64,000 bases of DNA from Naegleria gruberi (taxonomy: Eukaryota), in assembly GCA_000004985.1 (NCBI GenBank), contig GG738852.1; one strand, given 5' to 3'. Of this stretch, positions 23,215 to 32,635 are shown in pieces. The notes below the pieces were generated by a model. The model saw only the letters and a program-made list of their open reading frames with translations, was not told the origin of the DNA and ran no database searches. Position 1 is the stretch's first letter; each line of letters begins with the position of its first letter. The position numbers were made by a program, and so were the translations under genes.

Positions 23215-23244
23215 CACGTAATTTTTCACAATTTTAAGAATTGT

Positions 23245-24648
23245 TTAAATGGATGATCTAGAGGATACACTCTTTCTTGATGTTTGATTTTCCATCATGG
23301 CTTCAATAGCTTGCTTTACCTTATTGTATTGATCTGGATTCTTTTCAAAGTACATTTCCAAAACTCTTGGTTCAGTTTTAGTACCTGGCTTAAAGGTGCA
23401 TGTGAGAATTAATGTTTGATTGAGTGTATCTTCTTCAAGTTCCAAAGTATCAGTGGATGAATTATCATCTTTAGAATGTGGAGCAAAAATAAATTCTTGC
23501 TTGGACAAAAATCCAGATCTTCTATTCAAGAGCAAGAGATCTGTGAAAACGTATAAATCTAAAATACCAGTCTTTCCATTTGATCTCTTATAGTTGACTT
23601 CATTGTCTCCCTCAAAATAATAGAGTAATCTTCTGGTTGGAATGAAAAAGTCCTTCAATTTGAAAGTTTCTCCCAATTCCAAGCTCTTATGAATGTTAGA
23701 ATATTCAAGTTGTCTATTATTCAATTCTGATGCAATTTCCTTAATGAGACTCAATGCATTCTCAATCAATACAAATGATTCATCATTATGATCAGTAAAT
23801 TCTTTCAATTGTTGTAATAAGAGTTGATATCTTGGAATTCTCTGAAGTGGCAATACAAGATGTCCATCAATGGTAAAATCTGATGATACAGTAGCCTCAT
23901 CACTCAATTTCTCTGCAATTTTATCCAACATTTTTCTCAATTTTCCATTCTTTTTCTTTTCCTCTTCAAGTGTTGAAACAGCAATTCCATAATTTCCAAT
24001 AAATCTCGTATAAAGTTTAAAAGAGTGAGCATAATGTAACATTAACTTGGCAACAGCTAGACAGGACAATCCATCAACTCCAAAATAAATCTTTTTCAAT
24101 TCTTGGAGGAAATTCTCATTAACACCCTTAATAATAGCAATATCATTAAATATTAAATCAAATGTTTCCTTTTGAAGAATTTCCTTGATTGGTTTCAAAT
24201 AATTTTCTTCCAAAGTTCTCAAACCTTTAACATAGCTCTCTTCAGTGGTCAAAATTTCTTCCAAAATTCGATCTCTTTTCTTTTCGATTGGTGACTTTTC
24301 AATAACCATTTTAATGTCATCAACCATTTCATCATCATTAATTGTTGTATTCATAATTTCATCAAAAATACTTTCATTACTCTTGACTGTTAAACTATCT
24401 TCTCTGGAGTGTTTCTTTGCAGGTGATGATAAATCTTCCTTGATCAAATTGTCAGTTGACATTTTGACTGGCATCTCCTTCTTCACAACTTCGGCTTCTT
24501 GTTCATCAAATAAATTATTATCAGCTTGTTGATTATTGGTTGATGATGTCTCGCTGGCTTGCTTGTAATACATCAAGACACCAGTCACTATCAACACCAG
24601 CACGTAGAATAATACTTCGAGTAATAACATTTTTTTCTTCTGCGCCAA
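23245..24648 (-). CDS. RhoGEF (Dbl-homology domain followed by a PH-like region) with an N-terminal membrane anchor
   Basis: DH signature RDRILEEILTTEESYVKGLRTLEENYLKPIKE...; downstream PH-like region; N-terminal hydrophobic LLLEVLFYVLVLIVTGVLMYY. Confidence 0.75.
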   Translation of the reverse strand: MAQKKKMLLLEVLFYVLVLIVTGVLMYYKQASETSSTNNQQADNNLFDEQEAEVVKKEMPVKMSTDNLIKEDLSSPAKKHSREDSLTVKSNESIFDEIMNTTINDDEMVDDIKMVIEKSPIEKKRDRILEEILTTEESYVKGLRTLEENYLKPIKEILQKETFDLIFNDIAIIKGVNENFLQELKKIYFGVDGLSCLAVAKLMLHYAHSFKLYTRFIGNYGIAVSTLEEEKKKNGKLRKMLDKIAEKLSDEATVSSDFTIDGHLVLPLQRIPRYQLLLQQLKEFTDHNDESFVLIENALSLIKEIASELNNRQLEYSNIHKSLELGETFKLKDFFIPTRRLLYYFEGDNEVNYKRSNGKTGILDLYVFTDLLLLNRRSGFLSKQEFIFAPHSKDDNSSTDTLELEEDTLNQTLILTCTFKPGTKTEPRVLEMYFEKNPDQYNKVKQAIEAMMENQTSRKSVSSRSSI

Positions 24649-24752
24649 TTTAATATCCTAAATTTACTTTTAAAGGAAGAAACTTGTCAGCATTCGAATA
24701 ATTGTTATCTGCTTAACCTACCACACGAGTTTGAACTATTTTGGTTATTGAA

Positions 24753-26078
24753 TCAATTTTGAATAAAATTCAAGACACCAGTCATGCATCTCTTGAAATG
24801 TTGTGGAAGAATGTCAGAAATGAGGTGGAATGCATGGATTGGGATTTTTTCTACATGTTTGGAGAGTTTTACGCCACTATTGTTGAGCTTGTTGATGAAT
24901 GATTCAATTTCATCGACAAATCTTTCCCTCTCACTATATGAAATGAATATTCCCTTAGAAATGGTTTGGTTTACAATTTGATTGACACGTTCTTGACTCC
25001 AATAGAATGGAGAGAGATTTCTAGCTCTTTCTTGTTGGTTTAAACCACATGGTACTCCATTGGATTTCCAAGTACGAATTAATTTGTTAGAGATGGCTCT
25101 ATCTTGGTGATCGAGATCCATAATTGAGGAAGTTCCTTTCAGAGTTAAATCCAACCATGGTGAGAAGAGAATGGCTCCTTTCAAAATGGATTTGTAATTC
25201 ATTTCCTGCTCTCCTGTCAAGTTGGCAATCTTTTCACAAAGTAAAAGTCCCAAATTACCTCCAGATGATTCTCCAATAATGTAAATTTCATCCATTTTCT
25301 TTTCATTAACCAACCATTCAAAAGCACGAAATGCTTCCTCAACAATATCTTCAATTTGTGCATGTGGATAGAGTGAATATTCCAATCCTAATAAATTAAT
25401 TCCATTCCTCTTACAAAACTTTTCATAAATGTGACAAGTCCTGGCATTTCCCACAATATAGGCTCCTCCATGTAAATGCAAAAAACAACTTGTACTCTCG
25501 GATTTGTTCTTCTTTTTAAAATTGAAATATAACGACTTGTTTCCTTTCAATAAAACAGGTTGTTCAATCATTGTTTTGAAATTCACCTCCTCACTTGGTA
25601 CATAGAATGGACCAGCAAGCAGTACATGAGGAGAGGCAGGAGATTGTTGCTGAATTTCCAACAAGTCATGAATAATTAATTCCTTTGATTTTGTCTTATC
25701 AATAAAGTAATCATCTACATCGGGATGAGGTTGTGGCTTTCCATTCAATAATTCAAACCACCTCAGGCAAGCCAATTCTCTCGAATCCAATCCTTGCAAG
25801 GCAGCTTTCTTTTTATAAAGTGGTGTATCCTCATCCTCTTCATCATCATCCTCTCCTTCAGTATTATCCATCATCATGATTGGATCTACTCGAGTCTTGT
25901 AAATATTCCTCTCTACAAAATAAAAGGCTTTGAATAAGAGTTGGAGAATTGTGGCTGGAATGGATAATCTAAATAATAACCATGACATGGCAAAGAAAAT
26001 TGCCCAAAATATTATACTGAAAAGAATTAACCATTTAAGCCACCACGGAATTAATTGTACAATATAATTCATTTCCAA
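24753..26078 (-). CDS. Alpha/beta-hydrolase fold esterase/lipase (Abhydrolase_3 / HSL-like family) with an N-terminal TM
   Basis: Oxyanion-hole HLHGGAY and nucleophile elbow IGESSGGNL. Confidence 0.7.
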   Translation of the reverse strand: MEMNYIVQLIPWWLKWLILFSIIFWAIFFAMSWLLFRLSIPATILQLLFKAFYFVERNIYKTRVDPIMMMDNTEGEDDDEEDEDTPLYKKKAALQGLDSRELACLRWFELLNGKPQPHPDVDDYFIDKTKSKELIIHDLLEIQQQSPASPHVLLAGPFYVPSEEVNFKTMIEQPVLLKGNKSLYFNFKKKNKSESTSCFLHLHGGAYIVGNARTCHIYEKFCKRNGINLLGLEYSLYPHAQIEDIVEEAFRAFEWLVNEKKMDEIYIIGESSGGNLGLLLCEKIANLTGEQEMNYKSILKGAILFSPWLDLTLKGTSSIMDLDHQDRAISNKLIRTWKSNGVPCGLNQQERARNLSPFYWSQERVNQIVNQTISKGIFISYSERERFVDEIESFINKLNNSGVKLSKHVEKIPIHAFHLISDILPQHFKRCMTGVLNFIQN

Positions 26079-26549
26079 ATGTATTAATTAATAATTATTG
26101 TGATGATGAATTTTTTGTTTTTTTTAAAAAAAATGAATGAACATTATTTTCAACATTTTGTTTTTCATATTGGAGAATGGAGTGATAATTTTGGTGTTAT
26201 TTTAATATTTTTGGAGAATATTGTTAATAATAATTTACAATTTTATCAATTTTTATTTTTTAAACTTTCTTTTTTTGAGGATATGGAAATGAAATATTAT
26301 AATAACTTCCAAATCTTACTAGAATTTTTGAAAACCTGTCATCTAATTCAAATTCACGTAGGTAGCTTATGATACATTTTCAATATTATTGTATCACCAA
26401 CTTTATGGTTATATCTAATCTCCTTGATGATACTTAGATCCTAATGTTTACCAGTGAAATCCTCATCAGCGGATTCCTTATTAGAGTCTTCATCAAGTTG
26501 ATTAGCTTGTTGCAGAATAGATGAAACAGCTTCAAGATGCTTTATTCTC

Positions 26550-26909
26550 TCACCCAAAGAAGTGATGTTGAGCTACCATTATCAGTAACTGGGATGTAAC
26601 TTGACTTGTAGAAGTTGAAGACTTGTTTGCTGAAACTCTTTGACGATGCTTGTGACTATTGGAATGGTATGAGTGATATAGGATAAAGTGGTTAGATTTT
26701 TGATTAAATCTTCTCTTTTGAAAGTTGCCACTACTTTTCTTTGGTCTTTCTTCTCTCAATTTCTCACCTTTCTTAATGGCCTTTTGTTGTTGCTTGGATA
26801 TAATATCATTGATTGTGCCATCAGATTTATAAGTATTGATAAATTCTTTTGCAGCTTCAAAACCACCAGAACCGGCACTCAATTTAATGGCAATACAATT
26901 TAAGTCAGC
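26550..26909 (-). CDS. Small lysine/arginine-rich protein (terminal exon; ORF open upstream of the listed Met to the acceptor TAACAG|AATATTGCT)
   Basis: NIADLNCIAIKLSAGSGGFEAAKEFINTYKSDGTINDIISKQQQKAIKKGEKLREERPKK.... No confident family assignment. Confidence 0.3.
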   Translation of the reverse strand, partial: ADLNCIAIKLSAGSGGFEAAKEFINTYKSDGTINDIISKQQQKAIKKGEKLREERPKKSSGNFQKRRFNQKSNHFILYHSYHSNSHKHRQRVSANKSSTSTSQVTSQLLIMVAQHHFFG

Positions 26910-27620
26910 AATATTCTGTTACATTGTAAATTAATAAAAACAAGATTGAGAACAAGTAATTATACTAATGAATATTAAAGCTCAAAGACTGTTTCACTTT
27001 TATTGATGAAGAATAAGTATGAAAAAATATTCAACTTATATTAAGTTTACAATAAAAACAAATCCATTCTTTACTTCGCTCAGAATTAGACATTATATCC
27101 TCAAATACTACTGCTCTCACTAATTCTTAATCTTAAACAATCTGATTCATCATTTGAGAGATATATCATTATACTCTCGTAAAATACAAGTTGAAAAAAT
27201 TGTAACACTTTAATTATGAGTTAATCAATAATTCAAGAAACCATTGTCTACATATGGAAGAACTAGTGTATTATTATAACAAAATTATTAAAATATTTTA
27301 AAAATTATCCTCAAAAAATAAGTCTCAACATCATGTCTTCATCATTATTAAGACAAAAAAAACCACTACTCCACCCTAAATCGAAAATATCTGTAAGTAT
27401 TGTATTTGCTTAATAAATTGGCTGGATGGTTGAATGAAAAGAGGATAAAATGTATACAATTTGTGTAGTAGAAAAATAAATTCACTGTTTTCAAAATCTG
27501 TTGTCCCATTGTTTTTACAAAAAAATTGATTATTTCAAAAGATTCATTCAAACTATCAATATGAAATACCAAATCAATATTACACATTTTTTTTAATTTT
27601 AAAAAAAAAACAAAATTATC

Positions 27621-29960
27621 ATGTTATCATTTACTTCTATTCAATTACAAAAGAATTTTAATTCCATCCAAGAAAATTTAATGACAAGGAATATACTATT
27701 AACTCCTGGAGAGACGATTCAAATTAATTCTCAAGTATTTTCAGTGAATTTATATTCATCATCGGATCAAAATAATTTAAATGATGAATTTCAAAAATCA
27801 ATTAGTGGACAAGTAGAAAACACAGAATTTATTCAATGTAAAGATCATTTGTTTACAATTGATAATTTATTACACGCTGATGAGTGTAGAGAAATTTTAC
27901 GCATGGAAGATTCCATTTACTTTACACCAATTTCGTCCGAATATCCTGAAGAGTATAGAAATAGCAAACGAATTGTTTATAATGATAAAGAACTTTCACA
28001 GAGATTATGGCGACGATTGAAAAAGTTTCTAGTTGATTGCAATTTCATGAAACCGTATGGTTTAGACACGGATGGATATTGGATTCCAATTGGTGTGAAT
28101 GAATGTTTGAGATTGAGTAAATATGAACCAGGGAATTATTTCAAACCTCACACAGATGGTCAATTTCTCAGAAATGATAATGAGAGAAGTATTTATACTT
28201 TACTAATCTATTTGAACGATGATTTTAAAGGAGGAGAAACCGAATTCTTACAAAGAGTAGATCCAACAGAGGAGTCTATCACCAAATTCAAACATATTTG
28301 TGCAATTAATCCAAGAATGGGATCTGCTGCAATATTTAATCATGAATTGTATCATCAGGGATGTATGGTCACTTCAGGGATCAAGTATATTTTGAGAACT
28401 GAGATAATGTTCAAGAGAATTGATTCAACAGAACAATTGGTGAATAAGAAGAATGATTTGCTTCACAATCAAATTATGAATCTCTTGAAAACAAGTGATG
28501 ATCTAGAAAAGAAAGGTGAAGTGATGGAATCTACCTATTACTATAGAAAAGCACAAGAGCTGTTAATTCAATATGGACATTCCACCTCATTATTGCTGGT
28601 ACCTACCTTTTCCAAGTCAAAAATCAGTTCCGAAGATTATTCTCTGAAAAGTACATTTTCTCAATTACCTGATGAGCTACTCATTCACATTTTCAAATAT
28701 TTGATGGATTGGGAAATTTGCCAACTCATTCTTCCACTCGATAGGTATTTCAATTATATTGGCAGAGACTTACAATTATGGGAATGGATGTATATGAACA
28801 AATGGGGAAATTCTATCACAAATTTATTGAAACAATTTAATGCAAGAAATACTGAGGAACTAAGAGAATTCAATTCACAAGACAATACGAGCTCACTTGA
28901 GGAAACACCAGCTGAGGAACAAGATTGGTTTCATATCTATATTATGAAACGTTATTTTGAAAAGGAATTTGAGCCAGTCTTTATTGATTATGGAAGTAAC
29001 CTATATGCAAACACCTATTTTTCATCAATTGATGGTCCTGTTCAAACTACTTTAACTAAAGTTCTTAGACCTCCAGCCTCTCAGTAAGTATTTCTATAGT
29101 TCATCTAGTTGATGACCATTATTTCAGCTTTTCACTTCCAAGATTTTCTTCTTATGGATTAATGGGAGATAATATTGATAGAGGACGTACTATAGATATG
29201 TTTGATGGTAATGGATTTAAAAAGCATATTCAAGTATTCACCTTTTTAATATACAAGAAAATGAAAAAGAGTTGTCAACGAAATCCACTTGTTGTCAGCT
29301 TGAATTCTAGAGCAATGGTTGACTTTGCAAAGGTCAAGGAAAGTATTTTGAATTTTTTGGTAAGTAGTATTGAAAATTCAACTATTAAATAATGTGAAAT
29401 AGTTCAGAATTCGTATTCCAGCCGTTTGCATTCTTCCAAGATGTTATCTATTGTCAATTTATTATAATCTTCCAACTTGCATAGTAGTGGATATTGGCAA
29501 ATATGATATTTATGTTCATACAGTTATTCAACATGATAAGGATCAAATAGGTACATTACATGCTGAATTTGATATTTATGGATCAAGTATCAACTTGTTC
29601 GAAACAGCTCAATCTACTGAAGAAAAAATCAAGTACATTGAAAATTGTGAAATTACTAAAGCCATTAATCAATTATTAGATCAGCATCCAAAAGAACTGA
29701 GAGCAGAATTGTTGGATAATATTATTTTCTCTGGAAATCTTGTGGAAATGGAATCATTATCAGACGTTCAACATGAAAGGAATCAAATTCTTAACATGTT
29801 CAATTCACCACATTCCACCTATCGAGTGAAACATCAAACGAGTGGTGAGGAGGCCATTCAGTCAGCCATTAATTTCTCAAAACTTCCAAACTTTAAAGAT
29901 TATTGCTCTTTCTGGTTTGATTGTGAAAAGATTGTTGAGTCAAAAGACACATTTATTTAA
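27621..29960 (+). CDS. Tri-domain protein: prolyl-4-hydroxylase-like 2OG/Fe(II) oxygenase, then an F-box, then a divergent actin-related protein. Exons 27621(or 27658)..29083, 29128..29359, 29403..29960; possible 5' exon 27334..27392.
   Basis: P4Hc motifs YEPGNYFKPHTDG...LLIYLNDDFKGGETEF...HELYHQG...KYILRTEIMF. F-box LPDELLIHIFKYLMDWEICQLILPLDRYFNYIGRDLQLWEW. Actin-fold start EPVFIDYGSNLYANTYF...VLRPPAS (compare actin VVDNGSG...IVGRPRHQG). The 488-aa ORF 'ends' at TAA 29085-29087, which lies inside the donor TCTCA|GTAAGT. The acceptor CCATTATTTCAG| at 29127 is in frame with ORF 29162..29392 (..H FSLPRFSSYGLMGDNIDRGRT...). A second 43-nt intron, 29360..29402, joins to ORF 29451..29960 (TCIVVDIGKYDIYVHTV..., LLDNIIFSGNLVEMESL..., C-terminus ...FWFDCEKIVESKDTFI). 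Confidence 0.6.
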
Positions 29961-30138
29961 TTTGGATATTTGAAAGTGGAACTGTGTTTATTTCAGTAAG
30001 GATGAACAGTTTCTTTAGTCTTTTTTCAACATTCGTCTCACTAATTTTAACAGCGCTTAATTTGGTAAACAGTAAAAAACCTGCCCTTAGAGATACAATT
30101 AGAGCAGAGCACTACTTATATGCATATACAAGAAAAAT

Positions 30139-31540
30139 ATGTCTCAACTCATGGTTCGAAGCTATTCATTCCTCCTGTTGATGATGCTCTTGAGTGCAGT
30201 ATTGATGATGTTCATCTCAGCAGCATCACCAATGAATGCTCAATCCACCAGAGCATCCAATGTTCTTTCATTATTGAATGAAAAGAAGGAACAATTAGAG
30301 AAGGTAAATAATGGCTTGTCGGAAACGAGCTTGTTGATGATTGCAAGCAAGAGGGAACAATCTTCCCCTCTCTACACTGCCTACAGTGAGGAAAAGAATA
30401 GAATTTATAATGTATTGGTAGCAACAAAGGCAGAATTGGAATATGAAGTTCAACTTCCTTCAAAAATTATACAATTCATCGATCAATGAATCAACAACCT
30501 CAACAACAAGTGAAGCAGATTTGAAAAAGCAGATGAAACTTGAGCAAGAAGCTGCTGCTGTCAAGAAAGTAGAACAAGAAAGAAAATTGAAAGAGGAACA
30601 GGAAAAGAAGATTAAGGAAGAACAAGAAAAGAAACTGAAATTAGAACAAGAAGCTACTGTTGTTGCTGCCAAGAAAGCAGAACAAGAAAAGAAGATTAAG
30701 GAAGAACAAGAGAGAAAACTCAAAGCTGCTGAAGAAGAAGAAAGAAAGTTGAAAGAAGAAGCTGCTAAAAAAGCTGAACAAGAGAAAAAACTGAAAGAAG
30801 AACAAGAAAAGAAATTGAAATTAGAACAAGAAGCTGCTGCTGTCAAGAAAGCAGAACAAGAAAGAATTCAAAAGGAAGAGCAAGCGAGAAAAGCACTCGA
30901 ACTTGAAAGAAAGGCAGAACAAGAAAGAAAGGCCAAGGAAGAAAAAAGAATCCAAGAAGAAAGAGATAGATTAATCCCAACTATTGGTGAATTGGTCGAT
31001 TCTGATTTATTGACACCTTCTCAATCTGAAAGATTTATGAAAGAAATCATGAAAGGAGTCAACCAACAATTACCTCACAGAATTTGGAAAGCCAAGAAGC
31101 ACGGCTCATCAATTGCTAATTTCCATGCTACATGTGATAACATGGGACCAACCATTGTGTTGGCCAAGACTAGAAATGGAGCTGTATTTGGAGCCTATTC
31201 AAAGATTTCATATTCCCTATCAGGTGATTATGTTTCTGATCCAGCTGCTTTTATGTTTAGTTTGATTTCGGCTGAGGGAGAACAAAGATTTGTCAAGTTG
31301 ACCCAAACACCACAAATTGTTGATGGAAAACAAACTTATCCAACTTCAAAGATTCATAACGCAAATCATTTGATTACTTTTGGAGGTGGTTATGACTTGC
31401 TCATATCAGACAATACTGTTAGCTTGAGTTCTTCCCTTGTTTGTCATACTTATTGTGCTCCACAAGTTACAAATCCAAAGACTTACCTTGCTGGTGAAAG
31501 AACATTTATGATTGACGATTTTGAAGTTTATAGAGTTTAA
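30139..31540 (+). CDS. Protein with a signal-peptide-like N-terminus, a K/E-rich tandem-repeat coiled-coil and a C-terminal TLDc-like domain. Two overlapping frames (30139..30489 and 30443..31540) point to a frameshift or unusual junction.
   Basis: MSQLMVRSYSFLLLMMLLSAVLMMFISAASP. Repeats of roughly 34 aa, (KEEQEKKLKLEQEAAAVKKAEQER)n. C-terminus HGSSIANFHATCDNMGPTIVLAKTRNGAVFGAYSKISYS...FGGGYDLLI...FMIDDFEVYRV matches the TLDc pattern. Confidence 0.5.
30520..30960 (+). repeat. Coding tandem repeat (about 100-nt unit, four or more copies) encoding the K/E-rich heptads of the TLDc-domain gene
   Basis: Reiterated gaacaagaaaagaagattaaggaagaacaagaaaagaaactgaaattagaacaagaagctgctgctgtcaagaaagcagaacaagaa...; the antisense ORF 30460..30846 is its mirror image. 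Confidence 0.7.
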
Positions 31541-31596
31541 ATTAATACACATTCGAAATATCTTTGTGAAATTTTGTTTGTATTATAGAATGTAAT

Positions 31597-32019
31597 TTAA
31601 GGTCTTCCTCTTCCACTAGTTCGCAAGCATTCACATGTTGGACAACCATGTCTATCTCTCTCAAATCCATTTTCACAAAACATTGTACAAGTGGCACGAT
31701 TACACTTCTTCACTCTCAATGGACGAATAAAATTACATTTACAAATTGGACAACCATTTCTTCTGTTCACTCTGAGTCCATATCGACACTTCTTTACAGT
31801 ACAAGAGGTACTTTGACCATAGCATTTGATGAATTGAAATCTAATCCAACGAACGAAATCATTGAGATCACCCTTGTGTCTTCTGTAGAGGAAACGATCT
31901 TTAGGATAACCAAAGAGTTTTTGATGAGTTTCGGCTTTCTCTTCTTGGAAACTGAATTGAATAAAGAGGCAGAGAATGATAGCAAGCAATGAAAGGGCAA
32001 TGATTTGTTTTGATTTCAT
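31597..32019 (-). CDS. Secreted cysteine-rich protein with two antistasin-like domains
   Basis: Signal peptide MKSKQIIALSLLAIILCLF; ...CRYGLRVNRRNGCPICKC... and ...CENGFERDRHGCPTCEC (CxxGFxxDxxGCPxCxC). Confidence 0.55.
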   Translation of the reverse strand: MKSKQIIALSLLAIILCLFIQFSFQEEKAETHQKLFGYPKDRFLYRRHKGDLNDFVRWIRFQFIKCYGQSTSCTVKKCRYGLRVNRRNGCPICKCNFIRPLRVKKCNRATCTMFCENGFERDRHGCPTCECLRTSGRGRP

Positions 32020-32203
32020 TTTTTAAGCTAAATTGATGATGATCTGAATCTAGAAGTTTCTATTTATGATAAAAGAAATGAGGAATTCGAATTAGAACCG
32101 AATGAATGAAGAAAATTTCTTTTTCTGAAAGGACGAAAAGAGAAATTAACTAAACTCGATGGGAATTCACAACGTTTAAAAAGATATCACTCATAACTTT
32201 GAA
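32020..32203. promoter_or_regulatory. Shared ~180-bp divergent (head-to-head) promoter region of the two antistasin-like genes
   Basis: The two start codons face away from each other and are separated only by this AT-rich spacer. Confidence 0.4.
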
Positions 32204-32623
32204 TTGACAACTTTCCAATTAAAAATGAAATCAAATCGTTTGGTTATTATTGCACTTCTCATGGTTCTGGTTGGCTTGATGATTGCAACGACAATTGTAA
32301 GCTGCCAAGAAGCTAGTGATACTACTATAATTGCTGAAGACAGTTCTGGTCAATCAGGAGAACAACAAGGTGGTGATTCTGATAGTGCAGATACATTGAG
32401 TCCAGGTGATGTAGAAGATTCAGATACTACCGACATTCCAGTTGACATTAACGTTGGTAGAGGAGGAAATACAAGAGATGTTAATAGTTTAAGGGGATTT
32501 AATATACTTCACGAACATTTAGATTGTAAGCCAAGTTCCAAAATGTTATTGGCTTGTAGTAAGTGTGCAGAAAAAGTATTAAGCTTTGACAGAAATGGGT
32601 GTTTGGTCTGTTCTTGTAATTAA
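32204..32623 (+). CDS. Secreted protein with one C-terminal antistasin-like domain; divergent paralogue of 31597..32019
   Basis: Signal/TM LVIIALLMVLVGLMIATTIVSC; acidic S/D/E-rich middle; C-terminus CSKCAEKVLSFDRNGCLVCSCN. Confidence 0.5.
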   Translation: MTTFQLKMKSNRLVIIALLMVLVGLMIATTIVSCQEASDTTIIAEDSSGQSGEQQGGDSDSADTLSPGDVEDSDTTDIPVDINVGRGGNTRDVNSLRGFNILHEHLDCKPSSKMLLACSKCAEKVLSFDRNGCLVCSCN

Positions 32624-32635
32624 ACAACTAATAAA

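Noticed and set aside
26100-26372. 90-aa plus-strand ORF (MMMNFLFFLKKMNEHYF...)
   Set aside because: Translation of an AT-rich intergenic spacer (runs of T/A). Its codon usage is unlike the neighbouring genes.
30460-30846. 128-aa minus-strand ORF (AAASCSNFNFFSCSS...)
   Set aside because: It is the antisense reading of the K/E-rich coding tandem repeat. Its periodic low-complexity sequence mirrors the plus-strand repeat, and there is no independent start context.
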